A stretch of 64,000 nt of DNA, from sequence record DRR723986_5317; one strand, 5' to 3'. The notes beneath the pieces were generated by a model that saw nothing but the letters and a program-made list of their open reading frames with translations, did no database searches and was not told the DNA's origin. This document shows positions 49,949 to 61,903 of the stretch, one piece after another. The position numbers and the translations under genes are program-made. Each line of letters starts with the position of its first letter. Position 1 is the stretch's first letter.

Positions 49949-50224
49949 TTAATCTGCAAGAACAATTAGCTTATTATCTTTCATTTCTATTGTTCCAGAA
50001 TTGATTGCTAACCAAACGCCTTTATCAGACTTTGTAAACTTATCTTCCACTTCTTCTTCAAGTGTTACAGAACCAGCAACCTTTACATGACCTTCCTTAA
50101 GAATAGACACAATTGGTGCGTGATCTTTCAACATTTCAAATTCACCATTAACACCAGGAACAGTAACAGAATCTACTTCTCCACTAAAAAGTGTTGCTTC
50201 TGGTGATACAATTTCTAAATACAT
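49949..50224 (-). CDS. atpC: F1 ATP synthase epsilon subunit (short form)
   Basis: LEIVSPE, PG..GE..ML..HAP. Confidence 0.95.
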   Translation of the reverse strand: MYLEIVSPEATLFSGEVDSVTVPGVNGEFEMLKDHAPIVSILKEGHVKVAGSVTLEEEVEDKFTKSDKGVWLAINSGTIEMKDNKLIVLAD

Positions 50225-50318
50225 AGTTAAACTTGTTTAACTACCCTGAATTTATTTCAGAGTCTTTTTTATAGTTTGCTTTATTTTCAATAAGATACTG
50301 AAACAAGTTCAGTATTAG
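50225..50318. repeat. REP/REPIN-like inverted pair of palindromic units
   Basis: CTACCCTGAATTTATTTCAGAGTCT (50241-50265) vs reverse complement of 50293-50318 CTAATACTGAACTTGTTTCAGTATCT; extra hairpin GTTAAACTTGTTTAAC at 50226-50241. Confidence 0.7.
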
Positions 50319-50324
50319 CTTCGG

Positions 50325-51836
<1,512 letters not shown>

Positions 51837-51948
51837 TTATATGTTTTTGTTTTGCAATAATTTAAATATGAAAAACGTGCTGTTTTTCGCGCTGCAAAGA
51901 TATAGTTTTATTTAAAAATAATAATCTTTTTTATTGCCTTTTTTATAT

Positions 51949-51978
51949 AAAAAAAGTGCACTCAAATTGAATGCACTT
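51949..51978 (-). terminator. Terminator after GDSL gene
   Basis: AAGTGCACTCA-aat-TGAATGCACTT with A-run. Confidence 0.75.
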
Positions 51979-52002
51979 AATATCGTTTATTGTATTATCT
52001 TA

Positions 52003-53574
52003 TTATTGAATTACTACAGGGTAAGAGACAATAAAATCATCTGCTTTTGCTAGGTTACCAGATTCAACAAAGTTAGAACCATATGTAGCGTCTATTGCTT
52101 CTAAGAAAGCGTTAGCCATTAACGCGTAACCTCTAGCAGTTAAATGTACACCATCTAAACTTACCAAGCCACCAAATACTAAATCTGTATTTAGATTATA
52201 ATCATCAAACATAATACCTGTTGATGAAGCTTCATCTAAAATTGCATTTAAATCAACTAAGGCTAAACCATTAGAACTGGCTGCTGAAGATAAACTGGCA
52301 TTGTATGCTTGAGTTGCTACGGCAATATCATTTTGCTCTTCAGGAGTTAATACAAAGTTGTCCGCTAATGGATAGCTCACACCATTAACATTCACTGGTG
52401 CTGGTGGTCCAGGAACAGTTGTCGCTATAGCAGTTGCTGCAGTTAAAAGAATTAAATCATCATTAGTTGCTTGACGTGCTTTACCAAAAATAGCTCCAAA
52501 CGCAGCTGCAGTTGGCGCACCTAGTACAGGTGTTAAAGCTGCTGTTATTTCTGCAGAACGGTCTACAGTATTTTCATCATTAATTAATACTGGGTTAGCA
52601 TCTGTATCAGACAATAAATTTATTCTATCTGGTTCACCAAAAGCAGTAAAAATATTATCTAATGGACCGTATAATTGCGCATTTAACACTGGTATTTGCG
52701 GTGCTAATGCAGGATTGGTAGGGTCTAAGGCATCAAAAGTAACTGTTGTAAAAAATGATAAACTAGTAATGTTTGGGAGATTACCTATAACTCCTTTTGC
52801 CCCATTTGCTGTTAAAGCACCTACAGTAGCTCCAAGTGCCGCATCAAAAGTAGACGTTGGTGTAATAGGATTACTGCCGTCTCCACCGGTTGTAGCGTAT
52901 CCTAAAACATCGTTTCCTCCAAATTCTGATAATGTAAAAAATGTTGGACTTTGAGCTACAGCCAATTCTACAATAGTTGCATTTGGTGCATTACCTGTTA
53001 AACGCACTGCATAAGGGTTAGCTGCTGCTGGAAAATTAGAAATATTTCCGTAGCCTGGCGCCACTAAATGAAAACTCTTTGCCCCTGGAACACCTAAATT
53101 ATTAAAAGGCCCCACAGGATTATTAAGAGCAAAGTCTGTTGTAGACATAGCGGCTGGATTTAAACTTGTTAACGGCACCGGTCCTGCACCGCCAAAGACT
53201 AATCTTTCAGCAAAAAGGCGTTCACCTGTAACAGGATTTAATACTGGACTACCACCTAATAGAAGCCCACCATTATTATCATTCATCCAAGGTTGTGTAA
53301 AGGTTCCTCCACCAGCATTAGCAAATTTATTTGCAATAATATTTGGAAATGAATTTTCTTGAGACGCAATAAATAATCCATTATCAGCAAAACCAGCTGT
53401 AAAAGATGCACCTAATGCAACATAGTTTGAAAAGTCAGCAGTACCAGAAGTTAATTCTGGTAAAACTTCTACATCAGGGTTAGTTCTATCTCTTAAGTCG
53501 TCTACGAGTTCGTTCTCGCATGCTACCATCCCAAAGGCTAGTAACGATAAAGCTATATATTTTAATTGTTTCAT
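52003..53574 (-). CDS. SGNH/GDSL-like lipolytic lipoprotein
   Basis: Lipobox VAC; YVALGASFTAG, NLGVPG, GGNDVL, DGVH blocks. Confidence 0.88.
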   Translation of the reverse strand: MKQLKYIALSLLAFGMVACENELVDDLRDRTNPDVEVLPELTSGTADFSNYVALGASFTAGFADNGLFIASQENSFPNIIANKFANAGGGTFTQPWMNDNNGGLLLGGSPVLNPVTGERLFAERLVFGGAGPVPLTSLNPAAMSTTDFALNNPVGPFNNLGVPGAKSFHLVAPGYGNISNFPAAANPYAVRLTGNAPNATIVELAVAQSPTFFTLSEFGGNDVLGYATTGGDGSNPITPTSTFDAALGATVGALTANGAKGVIGNLPNITSLSFFTTVTFDALDPTNPALAPQIPVLNAQLYGPLDNIFTAFGEPDRINLLSDTDANPVLINDENTVDRSAEITAALTPVLGAPTAAAFGAIFGKARQATNDDLILLTAATAIATTVPGPPAPVNVNGVSYPLADNFVLTPEEQNDIAVATQAYNASLSSAASSNGLALVDLNAILDEASSTGIMFDDYNLNTDLVFGGLVSLDGVHLTARGYALMANAFLEAIDATYGSNFVESGNLAKADDFIVSYPVVIQ

Positions 53575-53595
53575 TTTATATTTTCTTTTTCGTTC

Positions 53596-56397
53596 TTATA
53601 AGTTGTTAATTGTCCAAGACACATAATATTGTGATCCAATTAGACCAGTCCCAAAGGCTGTAAAGTATTCGTCTTGTAACAGGTTAGTTGCGCCAGCTTT
53701 AAATGTTGATTTTAAGCTAGGAACTCTAAAATTAATTTGAGCATCTAACACATGGTATGCAGGTATATCACCATCACCAAAAGAAGCTTCCCAGAAATAG
53801 TTGTCACTCCATCTCCAAGATACATTGAATCCAAAGTTTTTAAATAATTCGGTTTTACCAAAAGAAGCTTTTACTTTATGCTCTGGTGTATTAAAATTTG
53901 TTCTAAAATCTGGATTATCCTTTACATCAAAATCTAATTTAGCATATGTATAGTTAGCACTTAAATCAAAACCATCAAATACTTTAGTGGATACCTGTAT
54001 CGCTGCCCCATAAGAATTTACTTCTTCGTCTGAATTAGTATAGGTTTGATATACTTGAAAATCACCACTTCCAATTGCTGCAACGGCTAATGGAGTGTTA
54101 TCTGGTAAAGTTTGCGTTAATTCAACATCACCATAGAAAGGTGAGATTACAGTTTCGTTCGCTAAGAAATCTTGATATTTGTTATAATAAGCAGAGGCAT
54201 CAATAATGAAATCATTGACTTTTCCACGGTATCCTATTTCAATAGAAGTAACTTGTTCAGGCTTTGCATAACTTGAATTTGCAATTTCAAGTGCAGCAGG
54301 ATTTCCTGTTGCAGCAAAAGCGCCAACCGAAGTTGCTAAATAAGAATTTTCATAAGCACCTGTACCATCAACCGCAAGATTCGTCTGGCCAGTAATAGCA
54401 GTACCTGTTGCACTTAAATCATAGTTTCTAATGTCTCTCTCTGGGTTATCAGCAGCACCACCAACAAGAATTGCTCTACCAACATTTAATCCTATGTATA
54501 AATCTTGTGTCGTCGGATTTCTAAATCCTGTTTGGAAAGATGCTCTTAAGTTATGATTTTCATTGATTGTAAAACCAGCCGATAATCTTGGTGAAAAGAA
54601 GCCATCAAATAATTCTGATTTGTCATATCGAACAGAACCAGTTAATTTCAACTCAACACTTTCGGATAAATCTAAAGATCTCTGTAATTGCGTATAAACA
54701 CCAACTTCAGAATAATTAATTGGTCCATCTGTATCTGTATAGATTGTGCCGAAAGAGTTTAATCGATACCTTCTGTAAGAACCTCCAACCTGGATTTCCG
54801 CAAAATCCACCAAATCTCCAAAGTTATAATTGGCATCTGCATGATAAATTTTTGAGTTATCTTGAAATTTCGATCCTGTATTTAAATCTGGGTCATTAAC
54901 ACTTCTATTAAATGCTGCCTGAAACTCAGGTGAGCCAGGTAAATAACGACCTGTATCAGCTGCTGCTCTTGCTGCATTATGTGCTTGTTCGTTATTTAAA
55001 CCACCTAGGGTTGCACCAATATACCCTGCTACATATTCTCCAAACCAAGTATTGTCATCTTTCCATGCTCTATTGATATTAATACCAGTAAAGACCATAT
55101 CATAAGAATCACCTGCCTTATCTTCGGTTACATAACCTCTAACAAAGAAGTTGTCATTTCTTATTTCTAATTTATGCTGTTGTAAAAAGAAGTTCTTTAT
55201 GTTGTATCTGTTAGCTCCTTGATAAATAGTATTACCAGAACCAATTTTACCTACATACTGTATTTCAAAATCATTTTCCCAAGGTCTATAGTATAAACCC
55301 CAATCTGCTTTGATACTTTCTGCGTTGTAATTGGTTAAATCTCTTTCGTTGTAACCTGTTCTACTCACGTTTACCGAGGGCACTAAAGCAGAAGAACCAG
55401 GGGGAGCAAGATTCATATCTTCTAAGATTTGAGCTACTTCATTAATGTCAGTACTAACTTCATCTCCGTAAACATTGATACCATCGTAATCGATATCTGC
55501 TCTAGTTAAGCCTCTGTTTAATTTGTCATCTTCATTAACAGCAGCCCAGTCAGTACCTTTTAAATAGCCAAAATTTACTTTAGCGGCAAATTTATCACTA
55601 AACTTATAAGCCATTCGTATACCTAAATCAGTATAATCATTATCACCAGCAGCCTCTTGAGATGTTATACCTCTTTTTATGTAAGCACTAATACCTGAGT
55701 GATCAAAGGGACTTTTACTTCTCATAAATAAAATTCCATTAAAAGCATTTGCACCGTACAGGGCCGACGACGCACCTGGTAAAAGCTCTACGCTAAGTAC
55801 ATCTGTTTCGGTCATACCTAATAAGTTACCTAACGGGAAGTTAAGTGCAGGTGCTGAGTTGTCCATTCCATCTACTAACTGCATAAAGCGTGTATTCGCA
55901 AATGTTGCAAAACCTCTAGTGTTGATAGACTTAAATGTTAAACTGTTTGTATTGATATCAACACCCTTTAGATTTTCTAAACCATCGTAGAAATCTACCG
56001 ACGCCGTATTTTTTATTTCTTTTAAACCAAATCGTTCTACGGTTACTGGCGATTCGAAAATACGCTCAGGTGTACGAGAAGCAGAAATTACAACTTCATC
56101 AAGTTCGTTACCTTCTTCTAAAGTAACATTAACGGTTTGGTTGTTTGATGTTACTTCTACAATTTGTTCTTTGAAACCTGTGTAAGTTACTCGAATTGAA
56201 AATGGTGGAGTCTGATCTACTGTTAGGGAGTAGTTTCCATCAAAATCTGAAACGGTACCGGTTGTTGTGCCGACTACAACAATGTTTGCACCAGGTAAGG
56301 GTAACCCAGTATTGTCTGTAATTTTACCTTTTATTGTGGTTTGGGCAAAAGATACCACGCAAAAAAGCATTGTGAAAAGCTTTAAGATTGTCTTCAT
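53596..56397 (-). CDS. TonB-dependent receptor with N-terminal CarboxypepD-like domain
   Basis: PLPGAN..V.GT..G..D.DG.Y, plug NTRGF, GASSALYGANA, FRNP. Confidence 0.92.
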   Translation of the reverse strand: MKTILKLFTMLFCVVSFAQTTIKGKITDNTGLPLPGANIVVVGTTTGTVSDFDGNYSLTVDQTPPFSIRVTYTGFKEQIVEVTSNNQTVNVTLEEGNELDEVVISASRTPERIFESPVTVERFGLKEIKNTASVDFYDGLENLKGVDINTNSLTFKSINTRGFATFANTRFMQLVDGMDNSAPALNFPLGNLLGMTETDVLSVELLPGASSALYGANAFNGILFMRSKSPFDHSGISAYIKRGITSQEAAGDNDYTDLGIRMAYKFSDKFAAKVNFGYLKGTDWAAVNEDDKLNRGLTRADIDYDGINVYGDEVSTDINEVAQILEDMNLAPPGSSALVPSVNVSRTGYNERDLTNYNAESIKADWGLYYRPWENDFEIQYVGKIGSGNTIYQGANRYNIKNFFLQQHKLEIRNDNFFVRGYVTEDKAGDSYDMVFTGININRAWKDDNTWFGEYVAGYIGATLGGLNNEQAHNAARAAADTGRYLPGSPEFQAAFNRSVNDPDLNTGSKFQDNSKIYHADANYNFGDLVDFAEIQVGGSYRRYRLNSFGTIYTDTDGPINYSEVGVYTQLQRSLDLSESVELKLTGSVRYDKSELFDGFFSPRLSAGFTINENHNLRASFQTGFRNPTTQDLYIGLNVGRAILVGGAADNPERDIRNYDLSATGTAITGQTNLAVDGTGAYENSYLATSVGAFAATGNPAALEIANSSYAKPEQVTSIEIGYRGKVNDFIIDASAYYNKYQDFLANETVISPFYGDVELTQTLPDNTPLAVAAIGSGDFQVYQTYTNSDEEVNSYGAAIQVSTKVFDGFDLSANYTYAKLDFDVKDNPDFRTNFNTPEHKVKASFGKTELFKNFGFNVSWRWSDNYFWEASFGDGDIPAYHVLDAQINFRVPSLKSTFKAGATNLLQDEYFTAFGTGLIGSQYYVSWTINNL

Positions 56398-56474
56398 TTT
56401 AGAGAATTAGTTAATTTATTAGATGAGCAATTTAAATAAATATATGAAAAGTAGATAAGAAATCCGCAAAAAAG

Positions 56475-56486
56475 TATGCGTGCATA
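56475..56486. promoter_or_regulatory. Palindromic candidate operator upstream of TonB receptor-GDSL operon
   Basis: TATGC-gt-GCATA. Confidence 0.45.
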
Positions 56487-56502
56487 GTAAGATTAGTAAA
56501 AA

Positions 56503-56545
56503 ATAAAGCCTGAAAATTGCATAATTATCAATTTTCAGGCTTTAT
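56503..56545 (-). terminator. glmS terminator
   Basis: ATAAAGCCTGAAAATTG...CAATTTTCAGGCTTTAT 17-bp stem. Confidence 0.85.
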
Positions 56546-56566
56546 AAAGTATTATAATTTAGTCAC

Positions 56567-58414
56567 TTATTCTACTGTAACTGACTTTGCTAAATTTCTC
56601 GGTTGATCTACATTTTTATCTAACATAACTGCTATATGATAAGATAATAGTTGAAGTGGAATTGTAGTTAAAAGTGGAGTTAAAGACTCTAAAGTCTCAG
56701 GTACTTCAATAACATGATCTGCTAATGCTTTTACACTTTTATCTCCTTTAGTAACAATACCAATTATTTTGCCTTTTCTAGATTTTATTTCTTGTATGTT
56801 ACTTACAACTTTGTCATAATGCCCTTTCTTAGTAGCAATTACCACAACAGGCATTTGTTCATCGATTAAGGCTATAGGTCCATGCTTCATCTCTGCAGCT
56901 GGATAACCTTCGGCATGAATATAAGAGATTTCTTTCAACTTTAATGCTCCTTCTAGTGCTACAGGAAAATTAAATCCTCGTCCTAAATACAAGAAGTTTT
57001 TAGCGTCTTTATAAATGTCCGCTACCGTTTGTACATATGCGTCAGATTTTAGTGCTTCTTCGACCTTGCCAGGTATTAATTCTAATTCAATTAAATGATG
57101 TCTAAACTCCGAACTTGATATTGTTCCTTTAGCTCTTGCTAGACGTAATGCCATTAATGTTAATACAGTAATCTGTGTTGTGAATGCTTTTGTTGATGCA
57201 ACACCAATTTCTGGTCCGGCATGTGTATAAGCGCCAGCATCAGTTTCTCTTGCTATAGAGGATCCTACAACATTACAAACACCAAAAACAAATGCCCCTT
57301 TTGATTTTGCTAACTTTATCGCAGCAAGAGTATCTGCAGTTTCACCAGATTGTGAAATAGCAATTACAATGTCTTTTTCTGTAATTACAGGATTTCTATA
57401 TCTAAACTCTGAAGCATATTCTACCTCTACAGGTATTCTCGCTAAGTCTTCAAAAATATACTCGGAAACTAAACCTGCATGCCAAGATGTACCACAAGCG
57501 ACTACAATTATTCTATCAGCAGCTAGAAATTTTTTCATGTTATCCTCAACACCTGCTAATTTCACTAACGCTTCATTACTAAGTAAACGACCTCTAAAGG
57601 TGTCTAAAATAGCACTTGGTTGTTCGTAAATTTCTTTAAGCATAAAATGGTCGTAACCACCTTTTTCTATCTGCTCTAAATTTAGTTGTAGTTCTTGTAC
57701 ATAAGGGTCTACTAAGGTATCGTCTTTAATTTTACGAACCTTTACTCCTTTATTTCGTCGTATAATAGCCATTTCTTCATCTTCAAGATAAATGGCGTTT
57801 TTTGTAAATTCTATGAATGGTGAAGCGTCACTAGCAATAAAAAACTCATCATCACCAATGCCAATTGCCAATGGACTACCTAGTCTAGCGACCACGATTT
57901 CATTTGGCTTGTTTTTGTCAAAAACAGCAATTGCATAAGCACCTACAACCTGATTAAGAGCAATCTGAACTGCTTTACCAAGTTTGGTGTTTTCATTCTT
58001 TTTTACATCTTCAATAAGATTTATTAATACTTCTGTATCCGTATCTGATTTAAATGTATAGCCACGTTTTATTAACTCTTGTTTCAGTGAGTCGTAGTTC
58101 TCTATAATTCCGTTATGAATAATAACTAGATCACCAGAGTTTGAATAGTGTGGGTGTGAATTAACATCATTTGGTACACCATGAGTTGCCCAACGCGTAT
58201 GTCCAATTCCTAAGGAACCGTCTATTGAAATTTCGTTTTCTAACTTTTCCTTTAGGTCAGAAACCTTTCCTTTTGTTTTAGAAAGTTTAATATTTTTTCC
58301 GTCGTATAGTGCAATACCAGCACTATCGTAACCACGATATTCTAATCTTTGAAGTCCTTTAATTACTATAGGATAAGCCTCGCGATGGCCAATATATCCA
58401 ACAATTCCACACAT
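56567..58414 (-). CDS. glmS: Glutamine-fructose-6-phosphate aminotransferase
   Basis: MCGI, GHTRWATHG, SQSGET, PRNLAKSVTVE. Confidence 0.98.
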   Translation of the reverse strand: MCGIVGYIGHREAYPIVIKGLQRLEYRGYDSAGIALYDGKNIKLSKTKGKVSDLKEKLENEISIDGSLGIGHTRWATHGVPNDVNSHPHYSNSGDLVIIHNGIIENYDSLKQELIKRGYTFKSDTDTEVLINLIEDVKKNENTKLGKAVQIALNQVVGAYAIAVFDKNKPNEIVVARLGSPLAIGIGDDEFFIASDASPFIEFTKNAIYLEDEEMAIIRRNKGVKVRKIKDDTLVDPYVQELQLNLEQIEKGGYDHFMLKEIYEQPSAILDTFRGRLLSNEALVKLAGVEDNMKKFLAADRIIVVACGTSWHAGLVSEYIFEDLARIPVEVEYASEFRYRNPVITEKDIVIAISQSGETADTLAAIKLAKSKGAFVFGVCNVVGSSIARETDAGAYTHAGPEIGVASTKAFTTQITVLTLMALRLARAKGTISSSEFRHHLIELELIPGKVEEALKSDAYVQTVADIYKDAKNFLYLGRGFNFPVALEGALKLKEISYIHAEGYPAAEMKHGPIALIDEQMPVVVIATKKGHYDKVVSNIQEIKSRKGKIIGIVTKGDKSVKALADHVIEVPETLESLTPLLTTIPLQLLSYHIAVMLDKNVDQPRNLAKSVTVE

Positions 58415-58424
58415 AGGTTAAAAT

Positions 58425-60107
58425 TTAGTTGTTTGGTTCTGTGTAATATATTTCTAAATACACTCTTTTGGTTTCATCTTCAGTATTGTTTCCATGTAAT
58501 ACTGTACCTCTTGGTGTGATTATAGAACTTATTGGAGTAGTATCATCTGTATCTTCAGTTGTTAAAACATCTCTTTGAGGCAACAATTCTTCTAAATTAA
58601 CATTTAAAGAAACTGATAAACCTAAATCTACATTAGTAGAGTCTCTTAACAAAAGATTATTTATGTGTTCGGTAATTAATAATTTATATTTAATACCCTC
58701 TCCATTTGGTTCATCATCAACCCTTTGTAAAGGACCAAGATGGTTTGAAACCGAAATCGAAGGTACAGTATTATTTTGTCCGTCTAAAAAATAATCTACC
58801 AACGGTGTTTTATTCTCTATATCATACAAATAAATACGATTTGGTTCTTTTCCGTCTAAACTATTCTGATCTACATAAAACACCAAATTTGCTTCGTTTA
58901 CAATGCGCTTAGACTTAACAAAATTACCTTCTTCGTCTGTCTCTACGAAGGTGCTTTTCCATAATTCAAAAGCATTCAGTGCCTCATCTTCTAAATCGAT
59001 ATCTTCTCCATTAAATAGAGAAATTTTAGCTATAGAGCCTTCACCACCTTTAAGGTATAACCTATCGTCTCCATTTTCTTGGTCACCATCAGTTAAAGTT
59101 ACATTAAAGTCATTATCAATGAAGTTGACCCTATTTGGACCAAAATTAAACGTGTATGTGGCTTGTTCTACACCATCTTCATCATCTTCATTGTTCGAAT
59201 CTCTGGTGTAATACATGATAATATTTGAGTTTGGTGAACCAACATTTAAAATCATAAAACTGCCATCATCATTTACAGCTTCAGCTTTAAAGTATAAGCC
59301 TCTAAAATATTCAGAAAAATTATTTTGATTAGTTAAAACTGCATTCTCTTCTTGGTCTATTATTTTTTCTTGCCAAAATTGAGGGTCTAATTTTAACCTT
59401 AATCCAGGTGGCTGTCTTTGTGTAACTTGTGTCTCACCTTCATCATCTATAGTTGTTAAAATAAAACCGCTATCGCTTATTACAGCATTTCCATTGTTAT
59501 CTAATGAAATATGGCCTTCTTCGTCAGGGTTTTGTATAAGAACTAATTCTTCACCTTCAAGAACTGCCGTAGAAATTATTTCTGAATTGGATGTCGATTT
59601 ATTTGAATAATACGGTTGTATTTCGTTAAAATCTGCATTGGGATTAAAATCTCTAAGGAAATAGTTGCTCTCGTAAATACTCAGTTTAATAGGACTAGAT
59701 CCTATAACACTGTCTAATTGATATGAAATATTTTCATCTTCATCAATCTCTGTTACGGAACCAAAAAATGGTAAAGAAAGAACCACAGAATCTAACACTA
59801 CGTTTTCTCCAAAAGATGGAGCAAAACTAGTAGGTGATAGCTGAGTAACAAACTCTGCTGTTGTACTCCCATATGCATCATCAAAATAGCCGAGTGTGTT
59901 TAAACCTAAATTATTAGTTTGTACAGGTCCAAGTACTTTATTATAGGTAATAATATCGTATTGATTAGTTACAATATTAAAATTAATTGCGTTTTGATTA
60001 TTTATGATATCAGATTCTAATGTGGTAAAATCTTTATCACACGCTATAAAACTAATTACGACTAGGCCAAAACATATGACCTGAAGTGTAAACTTGTTAT
60101 TTTTCAT
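58425..60107 (-). CDS. DUF4270 family lipoprotein
   Basis: Lipobox IAC, F..YFRGLYF, NEANL.FYV; position between GT5-like gene and glmS. Confidence 0.8.
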   Translation of the reverse strand: MKNNKFTLQVICFGLVVISFIACDKDFTTLESDIINNQNAINFNIVTNQYDIITYNKVLGPVQTNNLGLNTLGYFDDAYGSTTAEFVTQLSPTSFAPSFGENVVLDSVVLSLPFFGSVTEIDEDENISYQLDSVIGSSPIKLSIYESNYFLRDFNPNADFNEIQPYYSNKSTSNSEIISTAVLEGEELVLIQNPDEEGHISLDNNGNAVISDSGFILTTIDDEGETQVTQRQPPGLRLKLDPQFWQEKIIDQEENAVLTNQNNFSEYFRGLYFKAEAVNDDGSFMILNVGSPNSNIIMYYTRDSNNEDDEDGVEQATYTFNFGPNRVNFIDNDFNVTLTDGDQENGDDRLYLKGGEGSIAKISLFNGEDIDLEDEALNAFELWKSTFVETDEEGNFVKSKRIVNEANLVFYVDQNSLDGKEPNRIYLYDIENKTPLVDYFLDGQNNTVPSISVSNHLGPLQRVDDEPNGEGIKYKLLITEHINNLLLRDSTNVDLGLSVSLNVNLEELLPQRDVLTTEDTDDTTPISSIITPRGTVLHGNNTEDETKRVYLEIYYTEPNN

Positions 60108-60115
60108 AGGTAGTA

Positions 60116-60928
60116 TTAACCGTTTAAAACAGTGTTTGTGTAAAATTCAGTGTAAGGGTCTGCAAACTCATCTATTGAGAAATAGTCTAATACTGGTTTA
60201 GATAAATCACTTAAATAGATGTCTAATTCATTTGGTAATTCTGCCGAACCTCTAATGATAGCATCAGAATTGTCAATTGCAATTTTCATTAAATTGATAT
60301 AATCTGGCTTTTCTAATGGTTTTGCAGCTTCTTTTTCAATACCGTCAAAGCTTACTTTATCCATCATCTTTTTATCTAACGTTCCTTCAAAGCTTTGATT
60401 GTATACAGAGGTTACTATTTTACTTTCTGTAAATAAAGGTTCGGTTTTATAAAATTCTTTTAGATATAACGGTAATAATGATGCTAACCATCCATTAACA
60501 TGAATAATGTCTGGTGCCCAGTTTAATTTCTTTACGGTTTCTATGACTCCTTTTGCAAAAAATATAGCACGCTCATCACTATCTTTAAAGAGATTTCCAT
60601 CTTCATCAGTTAAAGTTGCCTTTCTCTTAAAATAATCTTCGTTATCGATAAAATAAACCTGAATTCGCTCTTTAGGAATTGAAGCTACTTTAATAATTAA
60701 CGGCATGTCAAAATCATTAATTACCAAATTAATCCCAGAAAGTCTAATTACTTCATGTAATTGATGTCTTCTCTCGTTAATATTTCCAAAGCGTGGCATA
60801 AATATGCGTATTTGACCTCCTTGTTTGTTTACCATTCTAGGTGCTTCAAATGACATTGAAGAAATCTCAGTTTCTGGTAAATAAGGAACTACTTCAGAGG
60901 ACACATACAATATTCGTTTATCTTTCAT
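60116..60928 (-). CDS. Glycogen/starch synthase N-terminal-domain-only protein (GT5-like)
   Basis: ILYVSSEVVPY, FMPRFG, PDIIH..GW; only 270 aa; no KxGG motif. Confidence 0.85.
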   Translation of the reverse strand: MKDKRILYVSSEVVPYLPETEISSMSFEAPRMVNKQGGQIRIFMPRFGNINERRHQLHEVIRLSGINLVINDFDMPLIIKVASIPKERIQVYFIDNEDYFKRKATLTDEDGNLFKDSDERAIFFAKGVIETVKKLNWAPDIIHVNGWLASLLPLYLKEFYKTEPLFTESKIVTSVYNQSFEGTLDKKMMDKVSFDGIEKEAAKPLEKPDYINLMKIAIDNSDAIIRGSAELPNELDIYLSDLSKPVLDYFSIDEFADPYTEFYTNTVLNG

Positions 60929-61038
60929 AAATCTGCTGCTTTTGAAAATTAAAATTAAAAAACATGCAAAATTACAAAATTTTGTGCAGATTGCCAGTAA
61001 AATATTATGTTTGCACGCGTTAATTTTTTGTTACAGCA

Positions 61039-61890
61039 GTGATAGTTTTTAATAACAAATCGAATTTATCTCATCATATTAATGAATTAAAAGCCAAAGG
61101 ATACTCTATAGGTTTTGTACCTACAATGGGTGCACTACATAATGGGCATTTATCATTGGTAAATAAAGGTTTGGATGAAAATGATTTTGTGGTAGTAAGT
61201 ATTTTTGTAAATCCTACCCAATTTGATAATAAAGAAGACTTATTAAAGTATCCTAGGACACTAGATGTAGATACTAAGCTTTTAAAAACTGTAAGTAATG
61301 ATAAAATCATTGTCTACGCTCCTACAGTAGAAGATATTTATTCAGAATCAGTGGTTTCTCAAAAATTCACTTTTGATGGTCTCGAATACGAAATGGAAGG
61401 TGCTTTTAGAGATGGGCATTTTGACGGTGTTGGTACTATTGTAAAACGTTTATTTAAAATTGTGCAACCTAATTCTGCTTATTTTGGTGAAAAAGATTTT
61501 CAGCAATTACAAATCATAAAAAAGTTAGTAGAACTTCATCAGATACCTGTTGTAATAGTTGGTTGTCCAATACACAGAGCTAAAGATGGGCTTGCCATGA
61601 GTTCTAGAAACACAAGGCTAACTAAAGAGCACAGAGATGTTGCACCATTTATATATAAGACACTAAAATCTGCCAAAGATAAGTTTGGCACAAAAAGTGC
61701 TAAATATGTTACGGAATGGGTTGAGAAGCAATTTAATAAACAACCACTTTTAGAGCTTGAATATTTTATTATCGCTGATACATCAACCTTAAAACCAGTA
61801 AAAAGAAAATCAACAAAAAAAACATATAGAGCATTTATCGCTGTATATGCTGGTGATATAAGATTAATAGACAATATCGCCTTAAATTAA
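61039..61890 (+). CDS. panC: Pantoate-beta-alanine ligase
   Basis: [37 protein letters not shown]; -7 box TATGTTTG at 61006-61013. Confidence 0.97.
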   Translation: MIVFNNKSNLSHHINELKAKGYSIGFVPTMGALHNGHLSLVNKGLDENDFVVVSIFVNPTQFDNKEDLLKYPRTLDVDTKLLKTVSNDKIIVYAPTVEDIYSESVVSQKFTFDGLEYEMEGAFRDGHFDGVGTIVKRLFKIVQPNSAYFGEKDFQQLQIIKKLVELHQIPVVIVGCPIHRAKDGLAMSSRNTRLTKEHRDVAPFIYKTLKSAKDKFGTKSAKYVTEWVEKQFNKQPLLELEYFIIADTSTLKPVKRKSTKKTYRAFIAVYAGDIRLIDNIALN

Positions 61891-61903
61891 TTATCTTTGC
61901 CTC

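Noticed and set aside
58415-58424. glmS ribozyme
   Set aside because: Only 10 nt separate glmS from the upstream gene
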